NCBI GenBank assembly: GCA_034530615.2
Contig: JAVRCV020000011.1
Coordinates: forward strand, 1 to 43,522
DNA: 43,522 nt
Source of the DNA: Aulosira sp. ZfuVER01
GTDB taxonomy: Bacteria; Cyanobacteriota; Cyanobacteriia; Cyanobacteriales; Nostocaceae
Direction: 5' to 3'
In this document: one piece after another, positions 20,612 through 30,767 of the stretch
Layout of the letters: the number at the start of each line of letters is the position of its first letter
Position numbering within the stretch: position 1 is the stretch's first letter
Position numbers and translations under genes: made by a program
The notes under the pieces: model-generated
Databases searched by the model: none
Told to the model about the DNA's origin: nothing
The model's input: only the letters and a program-made list of their open reading frames with translations

Positions 20612-21058
20612 ATGCCATTCACTTATAACCGTAGCGTTCGCTTCCAAGATACCGATGCTGCTGGGGTAGTGTATTTTGCGAATATTTTGGGGATTTGTCA
20701 TGAAGCTTATGAAGAATCTCTAGAAGCAGCAGGTATTGATTTAAAAGGTTTTTTTAGCAATCCTTCGGTAGGTTTTCCGATTGTTCATGCCAATGTAGAT
20801 TTTTTCCGCCCAATTTTTTGCGGTGATAAGTTGTTAATTAGTTTAATGCCGCAAAAATTAGGTAGTGAGAAGTTTGAAATTGCTTACGAGATTTCTATTG
20901 CTGATGTGATAGTTGCTAAGGCAATTACTCGGCACGTTTGTATTGATGTGAGTAGTAGAAGTAAGCAGGAATTGCCTGCTGAAATAGTTAATTGGTTGGA
21001 AACGAACCGGAGAGACACTGAGGAAGCAGAGAGAAGAAAGGCAAGGGTAACTATGTAA
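20612..21058 (+). CDS. 1,4-dihydroxy-2-naphthoyl-CoA thioesterase (4HBT/hotdog family)
   Basis: [16 protein letters not shown] motif. Adjacent to the men cluster. Confidence 0.85.
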   Translation: MPFTYNRSVRFQDTDAAGVVYFANILGICHEAYEESLEAAGIDLKGFFSNPSVGFPIVHANVDFFRPIFCGDKLLISLMPQKLGSEKFEIAYEISIADVIVAKAITRHVCIDVSSRSKQELPAEIVNWLETNRRDTEEAERRKARVTM

Positions 21059-21096
21059 TACAAATTGAAAATTTAAAATTAAGATAGCAAGAAATT

Positions 21097-21174
21097 GTAG
21101 GGTGTGTTATCGCTTTAGCATAACGCACCATCAGCCATTTAAGGTGCGTTAGCCTCCGGCATAACACACGCTAC
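21097..21174. repeat. GTAG-type REP doublet (inverted pair) overlapping the menE 3' end
   Basis: GTAGGGTGTGTTAT..TAACGCACC and, inverted, GGTGCGTTA..ATAACACACGCTAC. Confidence 0.75.
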
Positions 21175-22539
21175 TTCTACTATTTTTTTTAGCTCTTGGC
21201 GGTTGATTTTACCTTGAGAATTACGGGGTAAATTGGGAACAGGAACCCAGTTTTTAGGAATTTTAAATTTACAGAGTTTATCTTGGAGTGCTGTTTTAAT
21301 TTCTAATGAGCTATAGGATTCTTTGGAAATATAAATGGCTGTTAAGGCTTGTCCCCAATGTGTATCTGGTATTCCAATTACACAAATATCAGTAACCATT
21401 TGTGTTGCTCTGATGGCTGATTCAACTTCTGCTGGATAGATATTCTCACCACCACTAATTATTTTTTCACTATTACGCCCGATAATATTTAAATAACCTT
21501 GGGTATCTAAAAAACCAACATCATCTACTTGGAAAGTATGCTGATTTTCCCAGAGTTTTGGATAGTAACCAAGGGCTAGAGATTTAGCTTGAATGGTTAT
21601 ATTACCTATTTGATTGCTATTCAATAGTTCGCCTTGTTGATTACAAATTGTGACTTGGGCATGAGGGAGAATTTGACCAGAATTAACTTTACCATTGATA
21701 AAATCATCAGGTTTTAAGGTGGCAATTTGAGAAGCGGTTTCTGTCATGCCATAAGTAGGTGCTAATCGAATGCCGTGAAATCTAGCTTTTTCTAATAATT
21801 CATCCCATGCAGGCGCACCACCTAACATGACTGTTGCAAATTGCGATATCCACTCAGTTAATTTTGGGTTTTGAAGAAGACGTTGTAACTGAGTTGGAAC
21901 TAAAGATATGAAAAAATTTGAAGTTTCAATATTATATATTTGACCAGTTTCTAATGCTTTAAAAGGCAGAATAGCTAGTTGCCCACCAGTTGTAAAAGAA
22001 CGCATAAATTGCATTAAACCGCTGACGTGATAAAGCGGCAATACACAAAACGAGTTAATATAATTTAGCTGGAAATATTCTTTAAATCCTTCCACAGAAG
22101 CCATTAGGGTGTCCCAAGTGTGGATGGCAAACTTAATTTGCCCTGATGAGCCACCTGTGGGAATCATAATTAGCGATGAGTAATAATTAATGAGTTCTGA
22201 GTTAAATATTAAAGGCGATTTAGAATTTTTGATTATCTCTCCATCTCGCAAAATTATATCTGGCTGAACTAAATCAAAAACTTGTTGCCATTCTTGTGTT
22301 CCCCAATCTGGGTTACACAAAAACACAGGACAATTAGCTGCACAAGCTGCAATAAAACCTGCTAAAAATCGCTCTGGTTGGCGTTCAGCTAAAATTATTT
22401 TTGGTGGTATACCAGATTCACAAAGCGATGTTAATTGTAAATACAATTCTTCAGCTAGTTGCTTTAATTGCAGACTATTACAACCAATTAACCAATCACG
22501 CTCGCCTATTTTTTTGAGATAGTTTAAAGGTCTTTCCAT
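21139..22539 (-). CDS. menE: O-succinylbenzoate-CoA ligase
   Basis: Adenylate-forming motifs TGGSSGQIK, YGMTET, GRNSEKIISGGENIYPAEVE and LPRNSQGK, in men cluster context. ATG at 22539 preferred. Confidence 0.92.
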   Translation of the reverse strand: MERPLNYLKKIGERDWLIGCNSLQLKQLAEELYLQLTSLCESGIPPKIILAERQPERFLAGFIAACAANCPVFLCNPDWGTQEWQQVFDLVQPDIILRDGEIIKNSKSPLIFNSELINYYSSLIMIPTGGSSGQIKFAIHTWDTLMASVEGFKEYFQLNYINSFCVLPLYHVSGLMQFMRSFTTGGQLAILPFKALETGQIYNIETSNFFISLVPTQLQRLLQNPKLTEWISQFATVMLGGAPAWDELLEKARFHGIRLAPTYGMTETASQIATLKPDDFINGKVNSGQILPHAQVTICNQQGELLNSNQIGNITIQAKSLALGYYPKLWENQHTFQVDDVGFLDTQGYLNIIGRNSEKIISGGENIYPAEVESAIRATQMVTDICVIGIPDTHWGQALTAIYISKESYSSLEIKTALQDKLCKFKIPKNWVPVPNLPRNSQGKINRQELKKIVEVACVMPEANAP

Positions 22540-23477
22540 AGACGTTGCAGCCATGTATCTTCTTCTTTTTCAAACAAGTGGTTGATACCAAAACCAACTG
22601 CCCGGTTATGCTGAGATAATTCTGTTGCTAGCTGGAGTGCTGCTTGTCTGCCGATCGCAGTTTCAAAGACGGATGAAAACACAGCATCGATGTTATGCTG
22701 TCGGCAAAACTGCCTCAACCGAGATGGTGAACCTGCTATCCCTGGCTTAATCACAAAAATCCCTCGCCATCCTTGTTGATAAGCATCTATGAGTTGTGAG
22801 AGGGTAGCGACAGACTCATCTAAGGCGATCGCAGTAGTGTAATTCTGACTCAGCTGCAACATCGCTTCTAATTCCTTAACAGCAAGCGGTTGTTCGATAA
22901 ATTCAATATTTGCGGGGAATTTATCGCAATTTTCTAGCCAAATCTTAGCTTCTTGATAACTCAGCCCCGCATTTGCATCTAATCGCAGTTTGGCAGAGGC
23001 TGGTAAGCTGTGAATTAGTAAATGAAAAATTTTTAGTTCATGAGCGATCGCATCAACACCAATTTTCCATTTAAACGTGCGATATCCTTGCTCATACAGC
23101 TTTTGCCATACACTTAACGCCGCTTCCCCAGATGGTAATAAAGCGCTATTGGGCATGGGGTATTGATTGTACTCCCTTGTCCCTAGTGCCTCAACGGCTG
23201 ATTCAAAACCAAATTGACAGGCTGGTAAATAATCAGGAATGGAGAAAATCGTCTCCTCTGTGATTACTTGTGGTATTTGGCGACAAAAATCTAAAGCTTG
23301 TTCTAGAGTTTCCGAACCAAACCAACTGATAGGCGCAATCTCCCCCCATCCATCCCTACCTACTTCATCAATCAGCCGAATAATAATGCTTTCGCGGATA
23401 TCCCAACTACCATGACTCGTAGTAAGCGATCGCAAAAACTTCCGCGCTAGAGGACGAAATTCAAATCTGTAAGTCAC
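22524..23477 (-). CDS. menC: O-succinylbenzoate synthase
   Basis: Enolase-superfamily motifs FKWKIG, LRLDAN, EQP, ALDES and IKP. GTG start. Confidence 0.92.
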   Translation of the reverse strand: MTYRFEFRPLARKFLRSLTTSHGSWDIRESIIIRLIDEVGRDGWGEIAPISWFGSETLEQALDFCRQIPQVITEETIFSIPDYLPACQFGFESAVEALGTREYNQYPMPNSALLPSGEAALSVWQKLYEQGYRTFKWKIGVDAIAHELKIFHLLIHSLPASAKLRLDANAGLSYQEAKIWLENCDKFPANIEFIEQPLAVKELEAMLQLSQNYTTAIALDESVATLSQLIDAYQQGWRGIFVIKPGIAGSPSRLRQFCRQHNIDAVFSSVFETAIGRQAALQLATELSQHNRAVGFGINHLFEKEEDTWLQRLWKDL

Positions 23478-23518
23478 CTCTGTTCATTCTCTCTCTGCGC
23501 CTCTGCGTGAGACAAAAA

Positions 23519-24415
23519 CTAAAATAAAAATCCCACACCCAACAGCAAACAACTCCAAAAATGCACAGCTACAGCAATAAATTTACAATTACTCACTTTG
23601 TCCGGTAGATGATGATTTTCTTGGACATGGCGACATAACTTAACAGCAAAGGGTAAACTTACCCAACTCAACAATACCCAGATGGGAAAAACACCCCACA
23701 AAACAAGCATCAAAGTTAGGGGATAGATACTGAGGGTAAACCAATTCAGCAGTTGTGCCCCTTTTTGAGTTCCCAAACGGACAATAGGCGATCGCTTCCC
23801 GGCGGCGATGTCATCATCAACCTGGTGAAAGTGGGAGCAAAACAAAATTAAACTGGTAACAATGCCAACTATCACTGACGCTAGTAAACTCGTCATTGAC
23901 CAAGTTTGAGTTTGACTGTAATACGCTGCACCGACTGCCAAGGGACCAAAGGCAAAAAAACACAGAATCTCGCCTAAACCCTGGTATCCTAAACGAAAGG
24001 GAGGCCCTTGGTACATATAGCCCAAAGCACAGCAAAGCAGAATTATCCAAATTACAGTTAGGTCTTGTTGCCAAAGTGCGATCGCAAGTATTCCCAGCAA
24101 CCCCAAACCTAAGCAAAGATTTCCTAACCAAAATACTACTAACTTTTTTCCAGTTAAATTTACCAGTGAATGATGTTTATTTTGATCTATCCCCGTTTCC
24201 GAATCAAAGACATCATTACTGATATTTTCCCACGCCAGAATTAAAATTGCCGCAGCAATAAAAGTAGAAAATATTGCTCCATTAAAATTTTTGGTTTCTG
24301 CAAATGCTACCGCTGTTCCTACCCAAATAGGCATAATGGCAACGCTGTACATCGGCGGTTTAATCGCCGCCATCCATAATTTGGATTTGGGATATAAAAT
24401 CTGCTTTGTAGTCAT
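23519..24415 (-). CDS. menA: 2-carboxy-1,4-naphthoquinone phytyltransferase
   Basis: UbiA family: AIKPPMYSVA, NDVFDSETGID, YQGPPFRLGY and DDIAAGKRSPIVRLG. Confidence 0.95.
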   Translation of the reverse strand: MTTKQILYPKSKLWMAAIKPPMYSVAIMPIWVGTAVAFAETKNFNGAIFSTFIAAAILILAWENISNDVFDSETGIDQNKHHSLVNLTGKKLVVFWLGNLCLGLGLLGILAIALWQQDLTVIWIILLCCALGYMYQGPPFRLGYQGLGEILCFFAFGPLAVGAAYYSQTQTWSMTSLLASVIVGIVTSLILFCSHFHQVDDDIAAGKRSPIVRLGTQKGAQLLNWFTLSIYPLTLMLVLWGVFPIWVLLSWVSLPFAVKLCRHVQENHHLPDKVSNCKFIAVAVHFWSCLLLGVGFLF

Positions 24416-24703
24416 CAGTCGCGATCAACTAAATTGCTAGAAGCTTACTCACACTTTAGATTTTATTATTTTGAGAGACACTAAATGTTGGCGATTTGCG
24501 AAAAACTCCTGTTTTTCCTGAAAACATAATTCTCAAATTGCAACATAAAACTGAGCATGGCTTGTCGTGGTCTTGTAGCACCAAAAACAAGGCAAACCAT
24601 ACTCTGGTGAAATGGCGACTTAATATGTTACCTGTAGAAATACGACCATGTTTAATTGCACTTTAGGAAGCTAACTTAAAAAAAATTTACTATTACTAGA
24701 TCC

Positions 24704-26119
24704 ATGACAGTTTCACCATGTCGTAACAACGTCTTTGTAGATCGCAAAGCCCTTTACCAATTTCTGACAGCAGTTCAGCAAAATTGCCTCAAAAATCATA
24801 GCAGGCAAATTGTGAATGTTTCTTTAGAAATTGACTTAGTTGACCCTTTAGTTGTATTAGACAAACTTGCCCAAGTAAACGAAATAAATTTTTATTTTGA
24901 AAATAAGGGTAAAGGAGAAGCGATCGCTGCCATTGATTCTGTAACTGAATTACATATTGATGGTATTGAGCGATTTAGTAAAGCCGAGTATTTTATCAAA
25001 AATTCTCTAAAAAATATAATTAATTTTGGTAACAATAACCAACCTTTTTCTGGCCCGCACTTTTTCTGCTATTTCAGCTTTTTCCATCAAAATTATCAAG
25101 CAGATTATCCATTCCCTTCAGCGACAATTTTTCTACCACGTTGGCAAATAGCTGTCAAAAATCAGCGCTGCATATTAGTAATGAATTCAATTATTAATGC
25201 AACCGCCAATATTACCAGCATAATCCAAACTCTGTTTAATAAAATTGAAACTATCAATTCTTTAAAATATTATTCTCCCAAAATTGACAATTTTCCGGCA
25301 ATTTTTTGCAAAAAATCTGTTACAAATGCTGCCCAATTCAAACGTTCTGTCTCATCTGCTTTGGATAAAATACATTCTAATCATTTAACTAAAATTGTTT
25401 TAGCAGATGCCTTAGATGTTAGAGCTAGCCATAATTTTAACTTATTTAAATCTTTAAATAATCTCCGGCAAATACATCCTAATTGCTATATATTTTCTAC
25501 AAGTAATGGCAAAGGACAAAACTTTATTGGCGCTAGTCCGGAACGCTTAATCTGTATTCATGAACAACAATTAATAACTGATGCTTTAGCAGGTTCTGCA
25601 CCAAGAGGTAAAACACCTGCTGAAGATGCTGCTAATGCAAATAGTTTAATAAATAGTGAAAAAGAAAAGCACGAACATTCCCTAGTTATTGATTTTATTA
25701 CTCAACGTCTATCTCAGATAGGTCTGTTACCCCAGGTACTACCACCACGCCTGCGACAATTATCTAATATTCAGCATTTATGGACGCCAATCAGCGCCCT
25801 AGTTCCAGCTAACGTACATCCTTTAAAGATTGTCGCCCAATTGCATCCTACACCCGCCGTAGCAGGTGCAGCAAGAGATATTGCTTGTGCAGAAATTCGT
25901 CGTTACGAAAACTTTGAAAGGGGTTTATATGCTGCGCCTTTGGGTTGGATAGACTCTAACGGTAACTGCGAATTTATTGTAGGAATTCGTTCAGCATTAA
26001 TAGATGGCGATCGCGCTAGACTATATGCAGGTGCCGGTATCGTTGCAGGTTCCGATCCAGAAAAAGAATTTGCAGAAGTGCAACTAAAACTCCAGGCTTT
26101 ATTGAAAGCTTTAGTTTAG
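24704..26119 (+). CDS. menF: Isochorismate synthase
   Basis: KIVLA, FIGASPERL, ALAGS, KEKHEH, LHPTPAVAG, GIRSAL and YAGAGIVAGS. Confidence 0.95.
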   Translation: MTVSPCRNNVFVDRKALYQFLTAVQQNCLKNHSRQIVNVSLEIDLVDPLVVLDKLAQVNEINFYFENKGKGEAIAAIDSVTELHIDGIERFSKAEYFIKNSLKNIINFGNNNQPFSGPHFFCYFSFFHQNYQADYPFPSATIFLPRWQIAVKNQRCILVMNSIINATANITSIIQTLFNKIETINSLKYYSPKIDNFPAIFCKKSVTNAAQFKRSVSSALDKIHSNHLTKIVLADALDVRASHNFNLFKSLNNLRQIHPNCYIFSTSNGKGQNFIGASPERLICIHEQQLITDALAGSAPRGKTPAEDAANANSLINSEKEKHEHSLVIDFITQRLSQIGLLPQVLPPRLRQLSNIQHLWTPISALVPANVHPLKIVAQLHPTPAVAGAARDIACAEIRRYENFERGLYAAPLGWIDSNGNCEFIVGIRSALIDGDRARLYAGAGIVAGSDPEKEFAEVQLKLQALLKALV

Positions 26120-26303
26120 TCATCAATAATTTATCAAATCAACTATAAATTGTAATGGACTGACAAGACTAAAATGTTGCAATAAAAAATGTTCGTAGTT
26201 GCGCTTTAGCGCCCTATCAATTAGAAATTTAATGCACAACTTTATCCTTGTCACAGCACTACAATTTAATTTTTTAGTTCCTATTTTTCTGCTTGATCGC
26301 AAA

Positions 26304-26600
26304 TTATGTATCTACCATTTCTTGCACTATAACATAGGGCTGGACAATGAGTGTTTGAAAGCGCTTTTGAGGATTGCTATTCCATTCTCCCAACTGTTCT
26401 GTAGTGGGCTTGGTAATCAATTGCTCATCAATCCATAGTTGCACTTGGGGAATATTATCACTTGCGATCGCTAATCCAACATCCAACAAGTCTAGTCCCA
26501 GCGCTACTACAATCACTGCATCCCTTTTGACATGAGGAATTAGCCATTCCCACTCAGCTTCATCTAAATTTTCTGCTAATTCTGCTTTTAAATCCGGCAT
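26304..26600 (-). CDS. DUF2288-like small conserved protein
   Basis: 98 aa; WEWLIPH..RDAVIVV..LDLLDVGLAIASD..V..WI..LIVQPYV.VQ pattern. GAGG RBS upstream. Confidence 0.8.
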   Translation of the reverse strand: MPDLKAELAENLDEAEWEWLIPHVKRDAVIVVALGLDLLDVGLAIASDNIPQVQLWIDEQLITKPTTEQLGEWNSNPQKRFQTLIVQPYVIVQEMVDT

Positions 26601-26705
26601 AGTTCCTCATTTTTTTATCAGTCTAAGATTAATTTTACATTTGTTAGGTTTCTTTCTTCAAGCCAACCTAGTAAATGACTATTACTAATAACAAATGACC
26701 AATTA

Positions 26706-27743
26706 CTAAACTTCAGATTGCATCTCCTCAATTTCAAACAAAGATACAATTACTCCAGCTATAGGAATAGAAATAAAAACCCCTAGCAAACCCGCTACTC
26801 TCGCACCTACTAGCAAAGCAAAAAATACTACTATAGGATTGAGATTCAGCGCACCTTGCATGATTCTCGGCGCAATTAAATTATCTTGGATTTGCTGAAG
26901 TACAATACAAGCAACAAATACTTTTAACGCTAACCAAACATTTTGAGATAATACAATTAAAGTTATAGTACTAACTCCTAATGTTGCTCCTATGCCAGGA
27001 ATAACATCAAGTAAACCGACGATCACGGATAAAAGTAAGGCAAAAGGTACATTTAATAATACAAACACAAGCAATGTCGCACTTGTTAAAAACAAAGTTA
27101 ATAATAACTGACCGCGAAAAAATCCGAGAAAACTGCGTTTGATGACATTAGTAAATCTACTGCGTCGTTGCCTTGGTACTACTTTTAAAATTAAATGCCA
27201 AATTTTTTCTCCATCTAAAAGCATAAAAAATGCAACAACGGCAATTAATATAAATGTTACAAAATTTGTCAGAAATTGTTGTAGAATAGCTAGGCTACTC
27301 ACCAGACTATTTATTGCTTGATTGCGTAACTGATCTTGAATAAAGTCTAAATCTATTTGCAGATTGCGGCTACGCAAAAATGTTTCTAATCGCTCAATTA
27401 AAGGAGCTAAAGAATTTAAAAAATTAGTTATACTATCGATTAGTTGTTGCCCTTGAGATAAAACTGCTAAACCCAAGGTGATTGCTATTCCGCCAAGCAC
27501 TACAATACTGAGTAAGAAAACTACAAAAACTGCTAAACCGTGGGGTAAAAAACGCCGCAGCCATTCTACAGGATAGCTAAGTAAAAAAGCTAAAATGGCG
27601 GCGAATGTAAAAATCACAATCACCCCTTGAAAGTAGTCTAAAAGTAGTATAATTGCCCAACCAGAAGCTACTAACAACAAAAAACGGACTAACGCTAGAT
27701 TATTCAATCTTTGCCAAAAATTCTTAGCTTCCAAGGCGCTCAT
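26706..27743 (-). CDS. AI-2E family transporter (PerM/UPF0118)
   Basis: Multi-TM protein with LAFLLSYPV, IPGIG, QQIQDNLIAPRIM and GLLGVFISIP. Confidence 0.92.
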   Translation of the reverse strand: MSALEAKNFWQRLNNLALVRFLLLVASGWAIILLLDYFQGVIVIFTFAAILAFLLSYPVEWLRRFLPHGLAVFVVFLLSIVVLGGIAITLGLAVLSQGQQLIDSITNFLNSLAPLIERLETFLRSRNLQIDLDFIQDQLRNQAINSLVSSLAILQQFLTNFVTFILIAVVAFFMLLDGEKIWHLILKVVPRQRRSRFTNVIKRSFLGFFRGQLLLTLFLTSATLLVFVLLNVPFALLLSVIVGLLDVIPGIGATLGVSTITLIVLSQNVWLALKVFVACIVLQQIQDNLIAPRIMQGALNLNPIVVFFALLVGARVAGLLGVFISIPIAGVIVSLFEIEEMQSEV

Positions 27744-27833
27744 AAGCAGTTCACAAAAGGCATTGTCTTTAAACCTACAGAAAGCTATGAGCGATCGCTA
27801 CCTCCCTTCAGTAGATTTTCGCAATTTTCGGAG

Positions 27834-28472
27834 TCATCGCCCTAGATCGTGCATCTGGTTAATCACATCTGCACATTTTTGTGTCAGCGCTTGCAATTCC
27901 TCTTTGTTTGTGGAATTAGGAGCATCAATTACTTGACCAATTCTGACAGTTATGGGAACTGCACGCGGCATAGTCGAGCCTTTTTGTAAAATCGCCTCAG
28001 TACCCCATAAACTAACTGGCAATATGGGTGCTTTTGCCTTAGCCGCTAAAAGGGCTGCACCTCTTTTTGGATCTGTAATGCGACCATCAGGAGTGCGAGT
28101 ACCTTGTAAAAACACCCCCACAGCCCAACCATTTTCAATACATTCTAAAGCAGAACGAATGGCAGTGCGATCGGCTGCGCCCCTGCTCACTGGGTAAGCA
28201 CCGTACAATTTAATTGCTTGCGCCAAAACCGGGACACGAAACAACTCTTCTTTCGCCATGTACGCTACTGGACGACGTACACAATTGGAGACAATTGGCG
28301 GGTCAAAGTAACTAGCATGATTACTTATGACTAGTAATGGCCCGGATTGAGGCACATTTTCCGCACCATAAATCTGGACTCGAAAGTAAGCATGGAGCAT
28401 AGGGCTGACAACCGACCACTTAAAAGCGTGATACAGTGCCAGACTAATTAATGGTTCACGGCTTCTGGTCAT
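27834..28472 (-). CDS. plsC: 1-acyl-sn-glycerol-3-phosphate acyltransferase
   Basis: NHASYFD (HX4D), MAKEELF and FLQGTR. Downstream of fabD. Confidence 0.93.
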   Translation of the reverse strand: MTRSREPLISLALYHAFKWSVVSPMLHAYFRVQIYGAENVPQSGPLLVISNHASYFDPPIVSNCVRRPVAYMAKEELFRVPVLAQAIKLYGAYPVSRGAADRTAIRSALECIENGWAVGVFLQGTRTPDGRITDPKRGAALLAAKAKAPILPVSLWGTEAILQKGSTMPRAVPITVRIGQVIDAPNSTNKEELQALTQKCADVINQMHDLGR

Positions 28473-28487
28473 TTTTCATTTGTTTTT

Positions 28488-28620
28488 GGGCATGGGGCAT
28501 GGGGCATGGGGCATTGGAAACAATTTTGGATTTTGGATTTGTGATTTTGGATTGGATTTCAATCTAAAATCCAAAATCTAAAATCTAAAATTTCTTGTCC
28601 CCCTTATCCCCCTCATCCCT
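28488..28620. repeat. STRR heptamer tracts (GGGGCAT x3; ATTTTGG array plus inverted CCAAAAT/CTAAAAT array)
   Basis: Direct reading of the fabD-plsC intergenic region. Confidence 0.85.
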
Positions 28621-28625
28621 AGTGT

Positions 28626-29507
28626 CTAAACAGGCAACTCAGCGGCATTACGGATATTCTCTAAGCTTAAACCAGGACTGGTACGTTTAATTAAACCAGT
28701 TAGTACGTTACCTGGGCCAATTTCCACGACTCGCTCAATACCAATGGTTGGCAGCAGTAAAGAAATTTCTCGCCATCTGACTGAACCAGTCATTTGTTTG
28801 ATGAGGCGCTGCTTTAAAATCTCTACATCAGTAGTTGGTACTGGTTCCACATTAGAAACTACAGGGACATTAGCTGGCTGAAATTGCACAGATTCGAGAA
28901 TCTCTTGGAATTCCATAGCCGCAGCTGCTATTAAATGGGAGTGAAATGCTCCAGAAACTTTTAAAGGGATAGCACGTTTGGCTTTAACTTGAGACATCAC
29001 CGCCTGTACTGCTTCGGGAGTACCAGAAATAACCACCTGAGCAGGGCTGTTATCATTAGCCAGCACGACATCGGGCGTTTCGGCAATAACTGTATCTAAC
29101 TGTTCGCGGTCAAAGTTCATCAGCGCCGCCATCATCCCACCAGAAACACTATCCATGAGTTCGGCACGACGCTTCACCAGGTGTAAACCCACAGCCCAAT
29201 CAAATACACCAGCAACGTAAAGAGCAATGTATTCTCCCAAACTGTGACCAGCAACTAAATCTGGCTGGTGTCCCCGTTCGCGGATCAGGTCGGCAAGAAT
29301 GGATTCTACTACATAAAGACTGGGCTGGGTATAGAGGGTGCGTGATAGCTGTTCGGCATCGCTTTGGCAAATGTCTGTGACAGACCAGCCTAAGATAGAC
29401 TCAGCTTCGGCAAATTTATCCCGAGCAGAAGGTATATCTAATAAATCTATCCCCATCCCTGTTGCTTGGGAACCTTGTCCGGGAAACACCCATGCAGTTT
29501 TTGTCAT
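28626..29507 (-). CDS. fabD: Malonyl-CoA:ACP transacylase
   Basis: FPGQGSQ, GHSLGE, GAFHS and EIGPG. Confidence 0.97.
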   Translation of the reverse strand: MTKTAWVFPGQGSQATGMGIDLLDIPSARDKFAEAESILGWSVTDICQSDAEQLSRTLYTQPSLYVVESILADLIRERGHQPDLVAGHSLGEYIALYVAGVFDWAVGLHLVKRRAELMDSVSGGMMAALMNFDREQLDTVIAETPDVVLANDNSPAQVVISGTPEAVQAVMSQVKAKRAIPLKVSGAFHSHLIAAAAMEFQEILESVQFQPANVPVVSNVEPVPTTDVEILKQRLIKQMTGSVRWREISLLLPTIGIERVVEIGPGNVLTGLIKRTSPGLSLENIRNAAELPV

Positions 29508-29509
29508 TG

Positions 29510-29650
29510 GTCAAGAGTCAATAGTCAATGGTCAAAAGGAGCCAGTTACGTGGGGAGGTTCCCTCCGTTGAGTTAACTGGCGTTCAAGATTCAAGAGTCA
29601 AGAGTCAATAGTCATTTGATTTTGGACTATGGACTTTGGACTCTTGACTA
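29510..29650. repeat. STRR tract (GTCAAGA/GTCAATA and inverted TTGGACT) with an embedded 46-bp SDR hairpin element at 29538-29583
   Basis: GGAGCCAGTTACGTGGGGAGGTTCCCTCCGTTGAGTTAACTGGCGT flanked by heptamer repeats. Confidence 0.8.
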
Positions 29651-29654
29651 AGAT

Positions 29655-30647
29655 TTATCTTCCCCATTGAAAAATTGCTGCACCCCATGTCAGTCCAGCA
29701 CCAAAGCCGGATGCAGCAATAATATCATTGGGTCTAATTTTGCCTTGCCGCACGGCTTCATCTAAGGCAATCGGAATGGAGGCGGCGGAGGTGTTGCCAT
29801 AATTGGCGAGATTGCTAATAACTTTACCGTTGGGAATATTCAGGCGTTGGGCAACAGCATCTAAAATTCGCTGGTTGGCTTGGTGTAAGACTAGCCAATC
29901 TATTTGATCGATAGTGAGGTTAGCCTGAAATAACGCTTTATCGATGACTTCTGGCACTTTTTGCACGGCAAAGCGATAGACTTCTTTGCCATTCATCGTA
30001 ATTGGCTGATATTTCCCTTGGCCGATATTGACGCCTGGAAGTAGTTCTTGGGAAGAGGCTTGATAGGCAAGATTCAGGTAGTGGTTTTGGCTGCCATCAC
30101 TTTTGAGTGTAAATCCTAGCAAGCGATCGCTCTCATTAGCTTGCAATACTACTGCACCTGCTCCATCACCAAACAATACACAGGTGCGGCGGTCTTGCCA
30201 ATCTACCCAACGAGAGAGGATATCTGCCCCTATCAAAAGTACATTTTGATATACACCTGTTCTGATGTATTGGGCAGCAGTTACCAGCCCAAATACAAAG
30301 CCAGAGCAGGCAGCAGTCAAGTCAAAAGCTACGGCTTTGGTCGCGCCTAATTCAGCCTGAATTTTACAAGCACTGCCAAACAGATCGTCAGGGGTAGAGG
30401 TTGCTAAGAGAATTAGATCGATATCTTCTGCTGTAATTCCAGCTTCGGCGATCGCTTGACGACTGGCGTTAGCTGCTATTAAACTCAAAGACTCTGTTGG
30501 CAAAGCCAAGCGTCTTTTGCGAATTCCTGTTCTGGTAGCAATCCATTCATCGGATGTTTCCACCAGTTCACTCAGGGCTTCGTTGTCTAGGGAAGTTGCT
30601 GGTACTGCCGAGCCACTTCCAGTGATTGCTATGCCTAACTTATGCAC
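29655..30647 (-). CDS. fabH: 3-oxoacyl-ACP synthase III
   Basis: AACSGF, FGDGAGA, HQAN and GNTSAAS. GTG start with GGAG RBS. Confidence 0.97.
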   Translation of the reverse strand: MHKLGIAITGSGSAVPATSLDNEALSELVETSDEWIATRTGIRKRRLALPTESLSLIAANASRQAIAEAGITAEDIDLILLATSTPDDLFGSACKIQAELGATKAVAFDLTAACSGFVFGLVTAAQYIRTGVYQNVLLIGADILSRWVDWQDRRTCVLFGDGAGAVVLQANESDRLLGFTLKSDGSQNHYLNLAYQASSQELLPGVNIGQGKYQPITMNGKEVYRFAVQKVPEVIDKALFQANLTIDQIDWLVLHQANQRILDAVAQRLNIPNGKVISNLANYGNTSAASIPIALDEAVRQGKIRPNDIIAASGFGAGLTWGAAIFQWGR

Positions 30648-30767
30648 TCCTAGTCTCCCGAACTATCACCTATCAGCGTTTAGTCATCAGTAACCGTTAG
30701 CCATTAGTCGTTAACTATTGACTAATCACCGTTTTTGTAATTTTGATTGCTGTCTTTTGGCTGATTG

